Source: Guillardia theta CCMP2712 (Eukaryota > Protista > Cryptophyta). Taken from it: DNA of 64,000 nt. A model generated the notes under the pieces. The model ran no database searches, had not been told where the DNA came from, and saw only the letters and a program-made list of their open reading frames with translations. The stretch covers positions 157,901 through 221,900 of the forward strand of contig NW_005434632.1 in assembly GCF_000315625.1 (NCBI RefSeq), in the 5' to 3' direction. This document shows positions 25,624 through 36,869 of this stretch, piece after piece (positions within the stretch are counted from its first letter, which is position 1; each line of letters starts with the position of its first letter). The position numbers and the translations under genes were made by a program.

Positions 25624-28514
25624 TTATTGCGCGCGAGCTGATGCAATCAAACGTGCTATTCTCTTCGCTTGTTCGGAGATCTCCTTGAGAGGCAGGAGAG
25701 CCTGTTGCAATGTTACCAACCAACAACTTAATAAGAGCTCTTACCCGCCCATGCTCAAACCCGATCTTGTGTAGTGTTTGCTGTTGTCGAGCTCCGTGTG
25801 GATCGATCTGTTCAATCCCAGCATGAGCAACCATACCCCCTCCCCCCCTTGCACAGCAACCCACCAACCCCTCCGCCTTCCCCAAACAACGTTACGCACC
25901 AGCAGCCAATCCCCCAGGTTATCTTGAAACCCAGTGGAGAAGACAATGACCTGCGGCATGACAGCAGCAGTTCAGAGCGCGCGAGGTACCGACGACATCC
26001 TCAACATCACTCACGTCACAAGGAACAAGCTCAGTCTCACTAGACTCGCACGCTCGCGTCGATACCAGCACGTGCCTTCCCCTGGCCTGCATGAGCGGCC
26101 CATGAACCCTCAGCGCTCCTTTCTTGATGCTGTCCACGAGCCCTCCTCCCTGCCTCCCTGCCCACTTGTCGATGATGGGTACCCGCCGAGCACCGAAGGG
26201 CCTCCACTTGCGGGCGCCAACGGGAAAGAAAGGGGTCCACCATGCTCGCCCGAAGTTGACGACGATGAACAAGTCGACAACAGCGTCTGCCAGAGCAGGA
26301 GGAAGGTGCTGTAAACAGAGCCGAGACACCCATTCCACTGCCAGAGGGCCCCACTCCCTCCTCACGATAGGAGGAACGCTTCTAACGCTCAGTGAGACCG
26401 ACCTGGCACGTGGCAGGAGCGACATGGCGATGTCTGCTGCGCTGTTACCCATCCCGACGATGAGCACGTGCTTCCCTGCCAAGCTCTGCATGCTCTTGAC
26501 CGAGCTTGAGTGGTGCACCTCCCCCTCGAAGCCGGCGACAAGCTCCTTCGTGTTCGGCGGGAAGCAAGGGACAGCGTGTAGCCCTGATGCGATAATGAGA
26601 TGCTCTGCAATGAAAACTTTCCTCTCAGATCGCGGCTCCTGCGCCTGCTCAGGCTCGTTCTGTCCACCCTTGGCCTGTCCCGTCCCTCCTTCGGAAAGGA
26701 CTTCTACCTCCACCAGCCACCTGCAGCTCTGCGGAACCCTCCTGGCAGAGACAACTCTTGTCCTTAACGAAATATTGAGAGAGAAGCGAGCGGAGTAGCA
26801 GTGAAGGTAGTGGATGAAGTCCCTGCAGCAGACCATCACCAGTAGCCACCACAAGCACGGATGATGAAAGACAGCAAAAGTACACATCATAACGCAACAC
26901 AGCTGATTTGCTTGCTCGTTGACTAGCACCTCCCACTCACCTTGCGCTGAGGTCGCGGGGGAGCAGATTAGAAATATTGTAGTGAGGGAGCTGACAGTGT
27001 TGCCGACGGGATGTGATGTTCAGCTCGTCGTATTGAGAGTTCCAGTGACCTTCGATCTTGTCTTTCTGTTCGAAGATGAGGATGTCTTCCACGCCCCTCT
27101 TGACAAGACATGCAGCTGCTGCAAGGCATGTCACTTGCCGCTCTATCAACCCAACAAGGTACCTGCTAGGCCACTCGCTCCTGCTCCGACTATAATGCAC
27201 CCGACATGAACCGTCCTTGACGCGTCACCGCTATGATCGGCTGCGCATGCGCCTCCTGATAGCGAAGGGCGGAGCTTGTTGAGGTACAGACTGTGATCGT
27301 GCCTGGGGATTTCAAACCCCATCGCCTTTGCTGCGTGTAGCACCACCGGCAACTTGCTCAGATCCACTTCCCCCACCTCATGCTCGTCCCATCCCATGTT
27401 GGCATGTACCATGGCTGCGGCATGGCACGCGTACACCTCGTGCTCAGGAAGCAGAATAGAGAAGGAGCGCTTCGAGCATCTGATAACTTGTGTCATGACT
27501 TGACAACGACAACCAGTGCACGCCACCTCTCAGGTTGCATCCTCAACAGACCTCCGTCGATCACGGTGACATCCTTTCTCTCTCTGATGTATCTACCCAA
27601 CAAGGTTAGATCATCCCGCTTTACCGTCTCTCTCCGAGCAACAACAACCATGGCAGCCCTACCTGGAGTTCATTGCTGATTCCACAGACAGCACGTTTCC
27701 TGTCAAGGGGCAAGGGACTGAAAAGACGACGGCAATGCCGTCTCTTGGAATATGCTCACGAACGCCGAGGTCGTACTTGCCCACAACCCAGACACGACAG
27801 AAGACGCCGTCTTGCAGTGATCTTGCGTATCTGATTGAGCCTGCTCTCTGGATTAGAACAGACAGACATCCATGCTACAACTTTGACTTGCCTGTTGATC
27901 TTGACGCCTCCTGGCGAAGGGCTTCAAACCTTGCGGTAGATGAAGTGTAGCAAGTGACATCGAATCCTGTTTGAGAACAAGTCATCAAACTGACAGCTAG
28001 CAGGGTTTCCTCCTCACCCTGTTTTACAAGCGATAGCGCGACTGCCCTTCCTACCTTTGACGTTGGGCCAGTCAAAAACACCTCCCGTCTCATCTGTCAT
28101 GACTTTAGGTACCACAGCAGCAAACATCAGCTTCTTGCTTCATCACCTCGCACGATTGTTCAGACTGCCTGAAGAGCTCGATAACGTTCTCGACGACAAC
28201 GGCAGCTGTCAAGGTGTTTCCATGGACTACCTGATTGAGAGCCTGTCAGATGACTGAGGTAGTTCTTTCCTCTTCGATCTTTTCTCACCTTTGTTGTCTT
28301 TGGATTCACTTCTCGAACGAGCTAATAAAATCTTATCAGTTTGACCGTTGTCACCGACTGAAAGACCTCTTCTCCTGACTTGTTGACGAACTCGGCTTTG
28401 TTGAGAGCTCCTAGACCCAACACCTGAAAAGAAAGCAAAAACATCAAATTCTGGTAGACAAGGAGGAGAGCATGGGGGCAGGGAGAAAGGGAGGAAGGGA
28501 GGAAGGGAGGATAG

Positions 28515-28545
<31 letters not shown>

Positions 28546-31500
28546 AGAGGGATGTCAGGCGGTGTGACAAGGGAGGCATGCAGGCAGACCTTGTATCCAA
28601 GTCTGTCTGCCTCACGGAGGATCTCGCAGATGTTGTCATGAGCTCGACGAGGAAAGGAAATGAACTGCCAGCCAAACAGTCTGCAGTCTCCCGTCAGCTC
28701 TTGGCCCTTGCGGTCAACCCGCTGCCTCTAACAAGTCCAGAAAGCCAACGGACCTGCTGAGCCACACTGAGTTGCGGCAGCCAGAGAAGGAGAAATCGTC
28801 CATGTAGAGGTAGGGGAGGCAGACGCGAGGACTGAGGAGCATCCATATGATGGAGTAGACGAACAGCTGGAGGGCCTGTGAGTTGAGGGAGGAATGCAAA
28901 GGAGGGGAATACCAAGGGAGAAGTCAGCATCATCCACGTCTTCTCTTCCCATCTTCTTGCTTGCTGCTCTGAACTCTTGTTCCACAACTGTTACCAACTT
29001 CAGGACGAGATGATTCCAGCAAGAATATGTGATTCTTACAGCAAATGCCGATGACAGGGTCGTTGGATGCGCAAGAAAGACGACGTCACCTGTTTCGAAC
29101 TAACACGAACATGTCACGGCACAAGGCAATGGAATGATACAAATGGATGTTGCAATGATTCGATCAGATCAGCTTCATTGATAATCATCCTCCTCATCTT
29201 AACGCGCATCAGAGGCAATCGCGGGTAAAAGTCTATCAACACTCCTTCCTCGCTCCATCTCCGACAGCAAACTTCATGCACAAGCAAAGATGAACCGATT
29301 TCAGAGTCACAAGTGCATATGGGCGACAACAAAGTCGGCAAGGCACCTGAGATCGCTCCGCTGGCAGGCACCAACCAGCCTTGTACAAGAGCTTGCGGAG
29401 GAAGGAAGGACAAGCCGAGTCTCTGCCACAAGTTGTGAGATGTAGAGCTCGATGGTTGAAGCTCCATCACAGTGAAGATGAAGACTTGTCCCGTGACAGG
29501 AGAAGCCGAACAATCTCCTTCTCGTCCTTCCCTTTCTTGTTCACTTGCATGCTCTCATATGCAGACACCACCTGCGAGGGTGAAAGATGTGAAAGGGGCC
29601 ACACAAGACAACATCTCCATCAATACAACAAGAAACAAGCATGAGCAGACATGAAGATGAATCACAGATGGGGAAGAGGCAGGAGGATATGCCCATGGCC
29701 AGATATACAAATTTGTCTCGGAGCGGGAAGTGAGCAGCTAAAACGGGAGAGGCAAAGGAATCGAAGAAGGCAGGAAATGAGGTAGAGGAGGAGGAGGAGG
29801 AGGAGGAGGAGGAGGAGGAGGGGGAGGAGGAGGATGCCAGATCAGAGAGGGTATGATGGGCAAACGGTAAAGCGAAGAGAGAGAAGGCAAGAGGACAGAG
29901 AGGAAGGCAAGGGAGAGAGGGAAGCTCGGCGGAAGAGGGGTATCAACAGAGATCTTACCAGTGCCGACGAGAGGGCAAGAGCGCAGAAGAGATTGAAGGT
30001 CGACAGTGAGGAGAAGAAGGAAGCAAACAGAGCTGATAGAGAGATCTTGAAGCAGGATGTGACGACATAAGAATGTTGAAACATGATACATACCATGGAA
30101 CCCAAGGCAAAGACAGCAAAGATGATGCTGTCATTGATCGGGACTGACATGCAGTTGCTCGAGAACTCCCGCATAGAGTCGAACATGCCGAGCTTGCTTT
30201 CACAGTCATCTTCATTCTTCCACTTTGGCGCAAACTTGTCATCATGAGTTTGACCATAGATGACAGCCTTGAAGGTCTCAACGAAGAGTGTTGCCGTTGA
30301 CTTCTTGGTGACCTGAAATAAGTTTCATCACTATCACTCGCATTGTCTCCATCATCGTCACCATCTCTAATCTCACAACAACCGGCACATCGGCGCCGTC
30401 AACACAAATCATCTTGGTGACTATTTCATTTTGCTTTGTCATCAGTATCTCTAGAGTCACCATCTCCACAGACTTCCAACATGATCATCATTGTTTCACA
30501 TGAACCATACATTAAAGATCTGAACATGTCTCTTATCAACACTCAAGGGTGATTTACCTGGCACGCAAGAGCATGGACAAACCAGACAGCTGCGATGAAA
30601 ACAGCAAATGACAACAGCTCCTTGTCCTTCGAGATCATGTCTAGCACAATCTTGCAATGGGTTGCAGTATCAAACCCCTTCAACCATCGGTCATGATCAA
30701 GATGCAGGATGGATGTTTGTCATGTCAAACCTGAAGAAGAACTCGCTTCAAGGTGATGAGAGCGTCGACCTGCGACAACTCCCTGTCACTCACTTACATC
30801 AAGAGAATGGATGACAACCAATGAGTCGAGATGCCACTGATCGATCAGCAATGACATGATTCCCAGCCTTTGCAAGGTGTCATTAAACTCATCAGAATCG
30901 AAACTTTTGATCACCTAGGAGAAAATTTCCGGGCAGCATCAAGAGAAACAAGGCAGATCTTCATGCTTATCAGTAAATTTGAGTTCCCTTCCCTCTACCT
31001 CCCATCTCTCTGTCCTCATATCATCTCGTCTCGTCTCGTCTTCTCTCCATCCTCTTCACTGCTCTTCCATCCTCATCGGTTTCCTGTTCGCTCTCTTCTC
31101 CTCCATCTCATTTAAATCCGGCTGTCCTGTAACTTTCTTTCGCTATCACTTACAAACCTCACTTGCTTCATCCTTATCTATGTCAACAGGTTCTTCTTAC
31201 CTTGGCGATATGATAGATACAAGACATCATGATCATGGTCTTGGTAGCATCAGAAACATAACTGCACGTGTATTGGTCAATCACACAGTGATGTTTTCGC
31301 TAGACTCTCTTCTCCTTGTTGATCCCATCCGATTCTATCTCTCGGCCAACTCCCCTCATCTCCTCTCCTCTCCTCTTCTCTTCTGCCCTTCCGTTCCCTG
31401 CCCTGCCCTGTCCTGTCTTGCACTGCCCTGCCCAGCCCAGCCCTGTCCTCTTCTCTCCTGTCCTCTTCTCTCCTGTCCACTTTGCTTTGCTTCGCTTCTC

Positions 31501-32546
31501 CTTCGTTCGCTCTCCCTCTCGCTCTCCCTCTCTTTCCTCCTCCCTCTCCTCCATCCCTCATCTTTCCTCTCTTCTCCTCTCATCACACCTGTAGCACAAC
31601 ATCATCGACAGAACTTCTCGTGCCCAGTAAGCTGAGAGCACTCCAGCAATCACCCAGTAGAACCGCTTCCTGCACATCAACACTAGTTCATGGGAGCAGA
31701 GAGAGAGAGAAGGAGGAAGGTAACAAGAGGAGAAGCAGGAAGGTAACGGGAGGAGGGAAAGATTTCAGGAGAGAGATGGAAGGACAAAGATCAGTGGGAG
31801 TGAGGACAGAAGTGAAATACCGTAGCAGGGCGATGCCATATTTGCGATCGAGACGTTGAAGATAAGGGTTCAGGAGGACGTTGGCATGCTGCATGAAGAT
31901 CCAGACTTCATGTGCGAACAGGATCCAGGTGACTGAGACGTTGATGAGACATCGAGGAGGCACGCATCCATCTCACATGTGTTCTTCTGTCCTGCGCGCG
32001 CTGCTCGGTGTTGACTGTTGTCATGGTTCAACTGCTCTGCGGAGAAAGTCACGGACGAGCTCGAGAGCTCCATAGCTCGCAGCAAACTTACCAAGATGGG
32101 GAAGATCATGCCTGCCATGGTCCACAGAGGCGATGACGGAAGCAAGGTGTTTGAAGTTCTCGTTCAGCGCGTCAACCTTTCCCATGCTCGTCAAGACACG
32201 TGGCGATCGTGACTGAAAGGACCTTGGCCTCCAACGCGTCGATTCTCTGCATTGCCAAACTTTCCTCCACCTGTGAGGCAGGCTGAGTGACCATTCCTTC
32301 GTCATCGGGTACTCCCATCACCTGCACCTCACTTCTTCTCGCGTCCGCTGGCAAGCAGGCGCAGAGGAGCGAGAGAAGCACCTGGAGCATTTGCTGAGAA
32401 GAAGTTTCCGCTTTCCAGAGGATGCCTACCGCGATGAATAGAAGTGCTCCTCGGGACATGCTTTCGCTCCACCGGGACCTGAATGGTATTCGATCATGTA
32501 CCGGAAATACGGCGACAAGATCATTGGTGTTTTCTTGCATTCGCAT
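25624..32546 (-). CDS. CER3/WAX2-like protein (degenerate fatty-acid-hydroxylase-like membrane domain + acyl-reductase/WAX2 domain) fused to a YUCCA-like class B flavin monooxygenase; many short introns; extent upstream of ~29.1 kb less certain
   Basis: CER3-like motifs GDVVFLAHP (~29040-29089), VLGLGALNKAEFVN (~28380-28424), VHGNTLTAAVV (~28190-28226), EVFLTGPTSKVGRAVAL, RVWVVGK, YACHAAAMVHANMGWDEHEVGEVD..VLHAAKAMGF. The same exon continues to IIVGAGASGLA. FMO motifs: HWNSQYDELNI, IIASG, FEGEVHHSS, VLIVGMGNSAADIA, VIVFSTGF, LHKIGF; stop at 25624-25626. Upstream exons WHLDSLVVIH (30798-30836) and VWFVHALACQ (~30558-30590) resemble the CER3 N-domain. Confidence 0.85.
29785..29833. repeat. (GAG)n trinucleotide microsatellite (intronic)
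   Basis: Tandem gag units. Confidence 0.9.
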
Positions 32547-32789
32547 GCTTCAAGTATAACTGAGAGGTCTACACCAGTTTGCACTACCTACTACTTTGCG
32601 CTCTACGTCCATTCATACTATGCAAGGCATGGGCGCATCAACTTGCACTAACTCACGTGCTCACGAGCTGAGTCCTCACTGTGAGTTGAGGGTCAAGAAA
32701 AGTCCAGGTGCCTCCTGTCTTCATGTCCATCTCCGCTCCCTTTCCCTCGCTCTCTCCTCCCCAGCCATTAGCAAGGATCGGGGGCCACC

Positions 32790-34110
32790 ATCTAGTCTTT
32801 ATTACTGAGTAACTCTTGAGTCTGCGGCGCGGCCTTGTGCCCCGGCCGGTACGACGATCCGGGGCGGACTCGGACTCGGGGAGCCTCGGAGTAACTTAGA
32901 GTAACTTGCCCGGGGATCGCGGGGACGGACCGTCGGACCGTACGGCCGGGCGGCGTACCGTACGGCGGTCGGACTTGCCGGCCCGCCGGTGCCCCCGGGG
33001 GCGGCCGCCAGTCCGATCCCGGCAACGAGTCTCACCCTAAACGCGGGGTCACCGGGTGGCAGCCGTGACTCAGTGGCTCAGTAGGCCCCCGTACTCGGCG
33101 CTCAAAATCCTTTACTCAACTTTCACTTACTGTTACAAGAAGTTAAGTTAAAGATCAGTACGAGGACAATCAGGAGAGTCGAGGAGGCTTGACCCTGACA
33201 CTGTCGGACGGTCGCACAGGCCAAACGGCGAGAAGATAAAGACAGATCATCGGATTATTCATGATTGGTTAAAACCGGAAGTTGCCGCACTGAGTTGAAC
33301 TCGGGACTTGTGACCGTCCGATCTGAGTCAAGTGCCTCGGCCCGGGCCCGCCTGGGCGACTGAGGGCCGGCGGCCTGCCGGGCCCCGGTGCGCCGCGCGG
33401 CGTCACTGAGTCAAGCTCACCATCATCCGATCCGATGACTCGGATGATGTGATCTGGTCACCGGTGACCGTCGAACGCCGTTCCCGCCGCCTGAGCCATC
33501 CGAACTTAGTTGTCACAGTGTCAGGCCAAGTTGCGGCCGCGGCCGTGAGACCACCGTCAGCAGTGCCGCGCCGCCGTTTGCTTGTGACACTGGACGGTCA
33601 ACCCGGCGCCGAGCGAGTGATCCGATCAACTTAGTTGCGTTTTCTAGCCGCCCCGGCCCAGTGTCACTGAACCGTCACGCGGACTCCCGCGTGACGGTTG
33701 AACCGGGGCCGACCCGGTACGGCGTGACGATCGGACACCGTGGAATGAGCACCGTAGAGCATCAGTGAGGCCTCAGTCGCCGCGACAGACAGTCAGAGTT
33801 GCTATCACAGTCATGGTTGACGACTTAGTAGTCAGTGACTTCGAGCCTCGGAGGCCGACTGCGGAACTTACGGAAGCGGCGGTGGCTCGTTCAAAGGTTG
33901 AACCGGGTTCGAGTTTCAATGTGCGGCCACCACTGAGTTGCTTCTGAGCGCGAGTCCAAGTGCCTTGAGGTGAGGCTCTGAAGCTGAAGGATCAGCGACG
34001 CCTCCTGTGGTGGGCAAAGTGCAAGCAGTCTGATGCGGCAGCATCACGAGGGGCGGATCCAGCCCGAGTTAAGATCACAAGGTAGGCTTAGTCAGACGCA
34101 TTAGTTTGGC
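32790..34110. repeat. GC-rich island 4 with core motif interrupted by a ~20-bp insertion (33110-33173)
   Basis: ctttactcaa[ctttcacttactgttacaag]aagttaagttaaagatcagtacgaggacaatcag. Confidence 0.75.
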
Positions 34111-34433
34111 GAGACCGCTTGCTCGCTCACCATGTTGGAAAAGCCTCTACAATTGTGCTTCACTATCGTCTTGCTGTTCACCATGATGAGTAAGTTCGAC
34201 TAAAAATACTGGCTCCTAAAGGGGAAGCTAGAAATCAGACACACTTCACTCCGAGTGATCTGACGCCTGATAAGGCAATTCCACACGCCGCCGTACAACA
34301 TAGAATAAAAACAAGCCAGGCCTTTCCTCCCTGAAAAACCGTGCCTCTCTCATGAATGTCTTCTACCTTCTCTACGCTACTGTCTTCAACACCATCACCG
34401 TCTCTCATTGCCATAACGCTCATATAAAACCAT

Positions 34434-35193
34434 CTTTATTGACATCAAACAAAATCATCCTCGGCATACACATCAGCAGGTCTCGGGGCAGGCAGGGGAG
34501 AAGTGCCACGGGTGATATCTCCGGCCTCTTGTACTCCCGGCGTGCCTTCCTTGATCCTCTCCCTCCGGCTCTCCTACATGCCAAAGAGGCGCCTGTAGAA
34601 GGTCTTCTTGCTCGCAAGGGATACCTCGAAGGGGGTCGCGATGGGCTTCTCGGCGAGGTCGAGGCGGTGGTGAGCAGCCGTGGCGAGGACCTCGTGGAAG
34701 GCCTCCGTCTTCGCCACCTCCACGTACCTCCGCGCATGCACAGGGGCGTGCGCCCTAGGCTGCATCTCGGCCAGCGCCGGATGCGGGGCGGCCAAGTGGA
34801 GGGACGGAGCGTGGACGACGGAGTCGAGGGCGATGAGACGGGCCTGGGCGGGGACCTGGTGCGGCATCACGGCGCCAGTAGCAGGATGAGGCATCTGCGA
34901 CATAAGCACGTCGTGCTTGGCTTGGGCGATGGCGAAAACGGGGTTGGTCGACATTGGCGATGTTGGGGTTGTGGAAGGTGTGGGTAGGAAGCGATACAAG
35001 AGGTCACAAGGAGGCTGGCTGGGAAGCACTGAGAGCAGCGAGAGGTCGGCTGAGAGCTGAGGGGGGAGAGGGCGTGGAAGTAATGGAGGTGGGAAGGGAG
35101 AGGAGGGAGGTTATATAGGGGCGGGAGGGGAGGAGCAAGGAGGGGGGAGGGGTAGGAGAAGAGGGTATATTTAGAGACAGAAGTGTCAGCAAG
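34434..35193 (-). repeat. ~760-bp near-identical inverted duplication of 38086..38845 (promoter + gene + 3' UTR)
   Basis: Reverse complement matches from cttgctgacactt to gatgtcaataaag with only a few substitutions. Confidence 0.9.
34574..34954 (-). CDS. Small His/Pro/Ala-rich orphan protein (126 aa), copy 1
   Basis: MSTNPVFAIAQAKHDVL...ASKKTFYRRLFGM*; TATA-like tatataa upstream (35111-35117); AATAAA downstream; two paralogues in the window. Confidence 0.8.
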   Translation of the reverse strand: MSTNPVFAIAQAKHDVLMSQMPHPATGAVMPHQVPAQARLIALDSVVHAPSLHLAAPHPALAEMQPRAHAPVHARRYVEVAKTEAFHEVLATAAHHRLDLAEKPIATPFEVSLASKKTFYRRLFGM

Positions 35194-35201
35194 TGACCTG
35201 C

Positions 35202-35301
35202 NNNNNNNNNNNNNNNNNNNNNNNNNNNNNNNNNNNNNNNNNNNNNNNNNNNNNNNNNNNNNNNNNNNNNNNNNNNNNNNNNNNNNNNNNNNNNNNNNNN
35301 N
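35202..35301. other. Assembly gap (100 N)
   Basis: Run of n characters. Confidence 1.
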
Positions 35302-35865
35302 CATTTTATGGTGATGTCGGCAATGACTCCAGGTGCTATTGTTTGTAGGGGGTCTATTGTTTGTAGGGGGTCTGAACCTGGAACATTTCATTTGTGGCCA
35401 TGTATGGACTCGGGCCCCTGTGTGTGATTTACACACGAGTGAATCATTCAGCAGAATGGAGCTTGGCCCGGTCTTGCAGTCCTTTCATGCACAAGTGATT
35501 GTTTGCCAAAATTGGGATGATTTGGCATTGCATTTCGTCTTTGTTCAGGATGAACAATTCATACGAGCTTTGTTTTTTAAATCTCAGGGTTAGCATGTAG
35601 GTGTTTGAACAGGTTTCAGGAAGATGGGATACAGTCTGGTTGTGTCTTATTCTCAACCACGGTGATATTTTTTCCATGTCCAGGGACTAGTGAGTAAAGT
35701 GTTGTTGAAAACTTGTCCTTGAAACATGTATCATGAGGTTTAATATCAATAAATTAATGAATTATGACGTTTCATAAGGGAGAAGGACTCAGCGAGGAAT
35801 GGTCCAACTGCTCCCTGACTTTCATAGCATGGGGGTAAGGTTTGGTTGTGAACGATGGAACTTTT

Positions 35866-36279
35866 TTAGAATCCGAACACTTTTTGGTAGAACTGCCTTC
35901 TAGACGCCAAGGCGATCCCCGTGGGATTGCTGACAGGAGCATTGTGGTCGTCGAGTCTTCGATGCATTCCATTGTGCAAGATGTCATGGAAGGCTTCGGT
36001 CTTGGCAACCTCCACGTATTGACGATGATGAATGTGCGGATGAGGCTGTTGGACATGCTGAGGTGCGACAACGAAAGCCTGCTGTGGGACCACATTCGGA
36101 TGATGAACGGGGTGAGCCTGGTGGTGGATGCCAGGGTGCATCACGGCATTGAGGCCTGCAAGGCGAGCATCCAGAGGAACTTGATAAGACTGGACTGATC
36201 CAGTCGACGGGGCAGGGAAGTGATTGACGAGGACGTCATGTTTGGCTTGAGCAACAGCAAAGACGGGGTTGGTTGCCAT
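35866..36279 (-). CDS. Small His/Pro-rich orphan protein (137 aa), diverged paralogue
   Basis: MATNPVFAVAQAKHDVL...YVEVAKTEAFHDIL...ASRRQFYQKVFGF*; conserved blocks are shared with 34574..34954 despite silent-site divergence; TATA-like tatttaaa at 36398-36405. Confidence 0.85.
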   Translation of the reverse strand: MATNPVFAVAQAKHDVLVNHFPAPSTGSVQSYQVPLDARLAGLNAVMHPGIHHQAHPVHHPNVVPQQAFVVAPQHVQQPHPHIHHRQYVEVAKTEAFHDILHNGMHRRLDDHNAPVSNPTGIALASRRQFYQKVFGF

Positions 36280-36869
36280 TGTAGATCAAATGCAGAAGAA
36301 GCGAGAGAGCGTGGGTAGCAACAGCAAGTGGCAGGTGAAGGGACAAGCAGAGCACGTGGAAGCAGCGCTGTGTTGTGAACCACTGCAGAGGAAGGGGTTT
36401 AAATAGTCGCACAGAGGGGCGGAAGAGCAGGGGCAAGGCGAAAAAGGATAAGGAGGGGGGGGGGTCGGGGTACCTTATCCAAAGGATATCCCCTTGCTGC
36501 GGTGGGTACAATGTAGAGGAAAATAGGGGAGGTACGGTCGAGGGGGTTCATAACAAGTGCACAGGCTCGGGGAGCATTAAACCACGGGGTAGTGGTTGGT
36601 CAAAGGAGGGGTTCTTCCTAGTAAAAAGAAGCAGTCATAGAAGCGGTTAAGGGTCGAAAAGACGGGATTCTGAAAATAAAAAGTTTGGCTCGGAGGCCAA
36701 GGATCACGAAAAAGAAGGATTTCGATGCCCTACCTGATGCTGACCTCTACGTTGGGACGTAAGCAGACAACCCCACCCAGCCATATTCTGACCAATCATA
36801 TAGACATACCCCACCATCTCAAAATTGAGAAATCTACCCCACCTATTTAGAAATTGCACTACCCTTCCC

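Noticed and set aside
25624-27200. FMO as a bona fide auxin-biosynthetic YUCCA
   Set aside because: Family resemblance only; the FMO motif is variant (HSSSVK) and the fusion context points to a different substrate.
34574-36279. Small proteins as ejectisome Tri/Reb-like ribbon proteins
   Set aside because: No recognisable RebB-like sequence or signal peptide; the idea rests only on size and presumed taxon.
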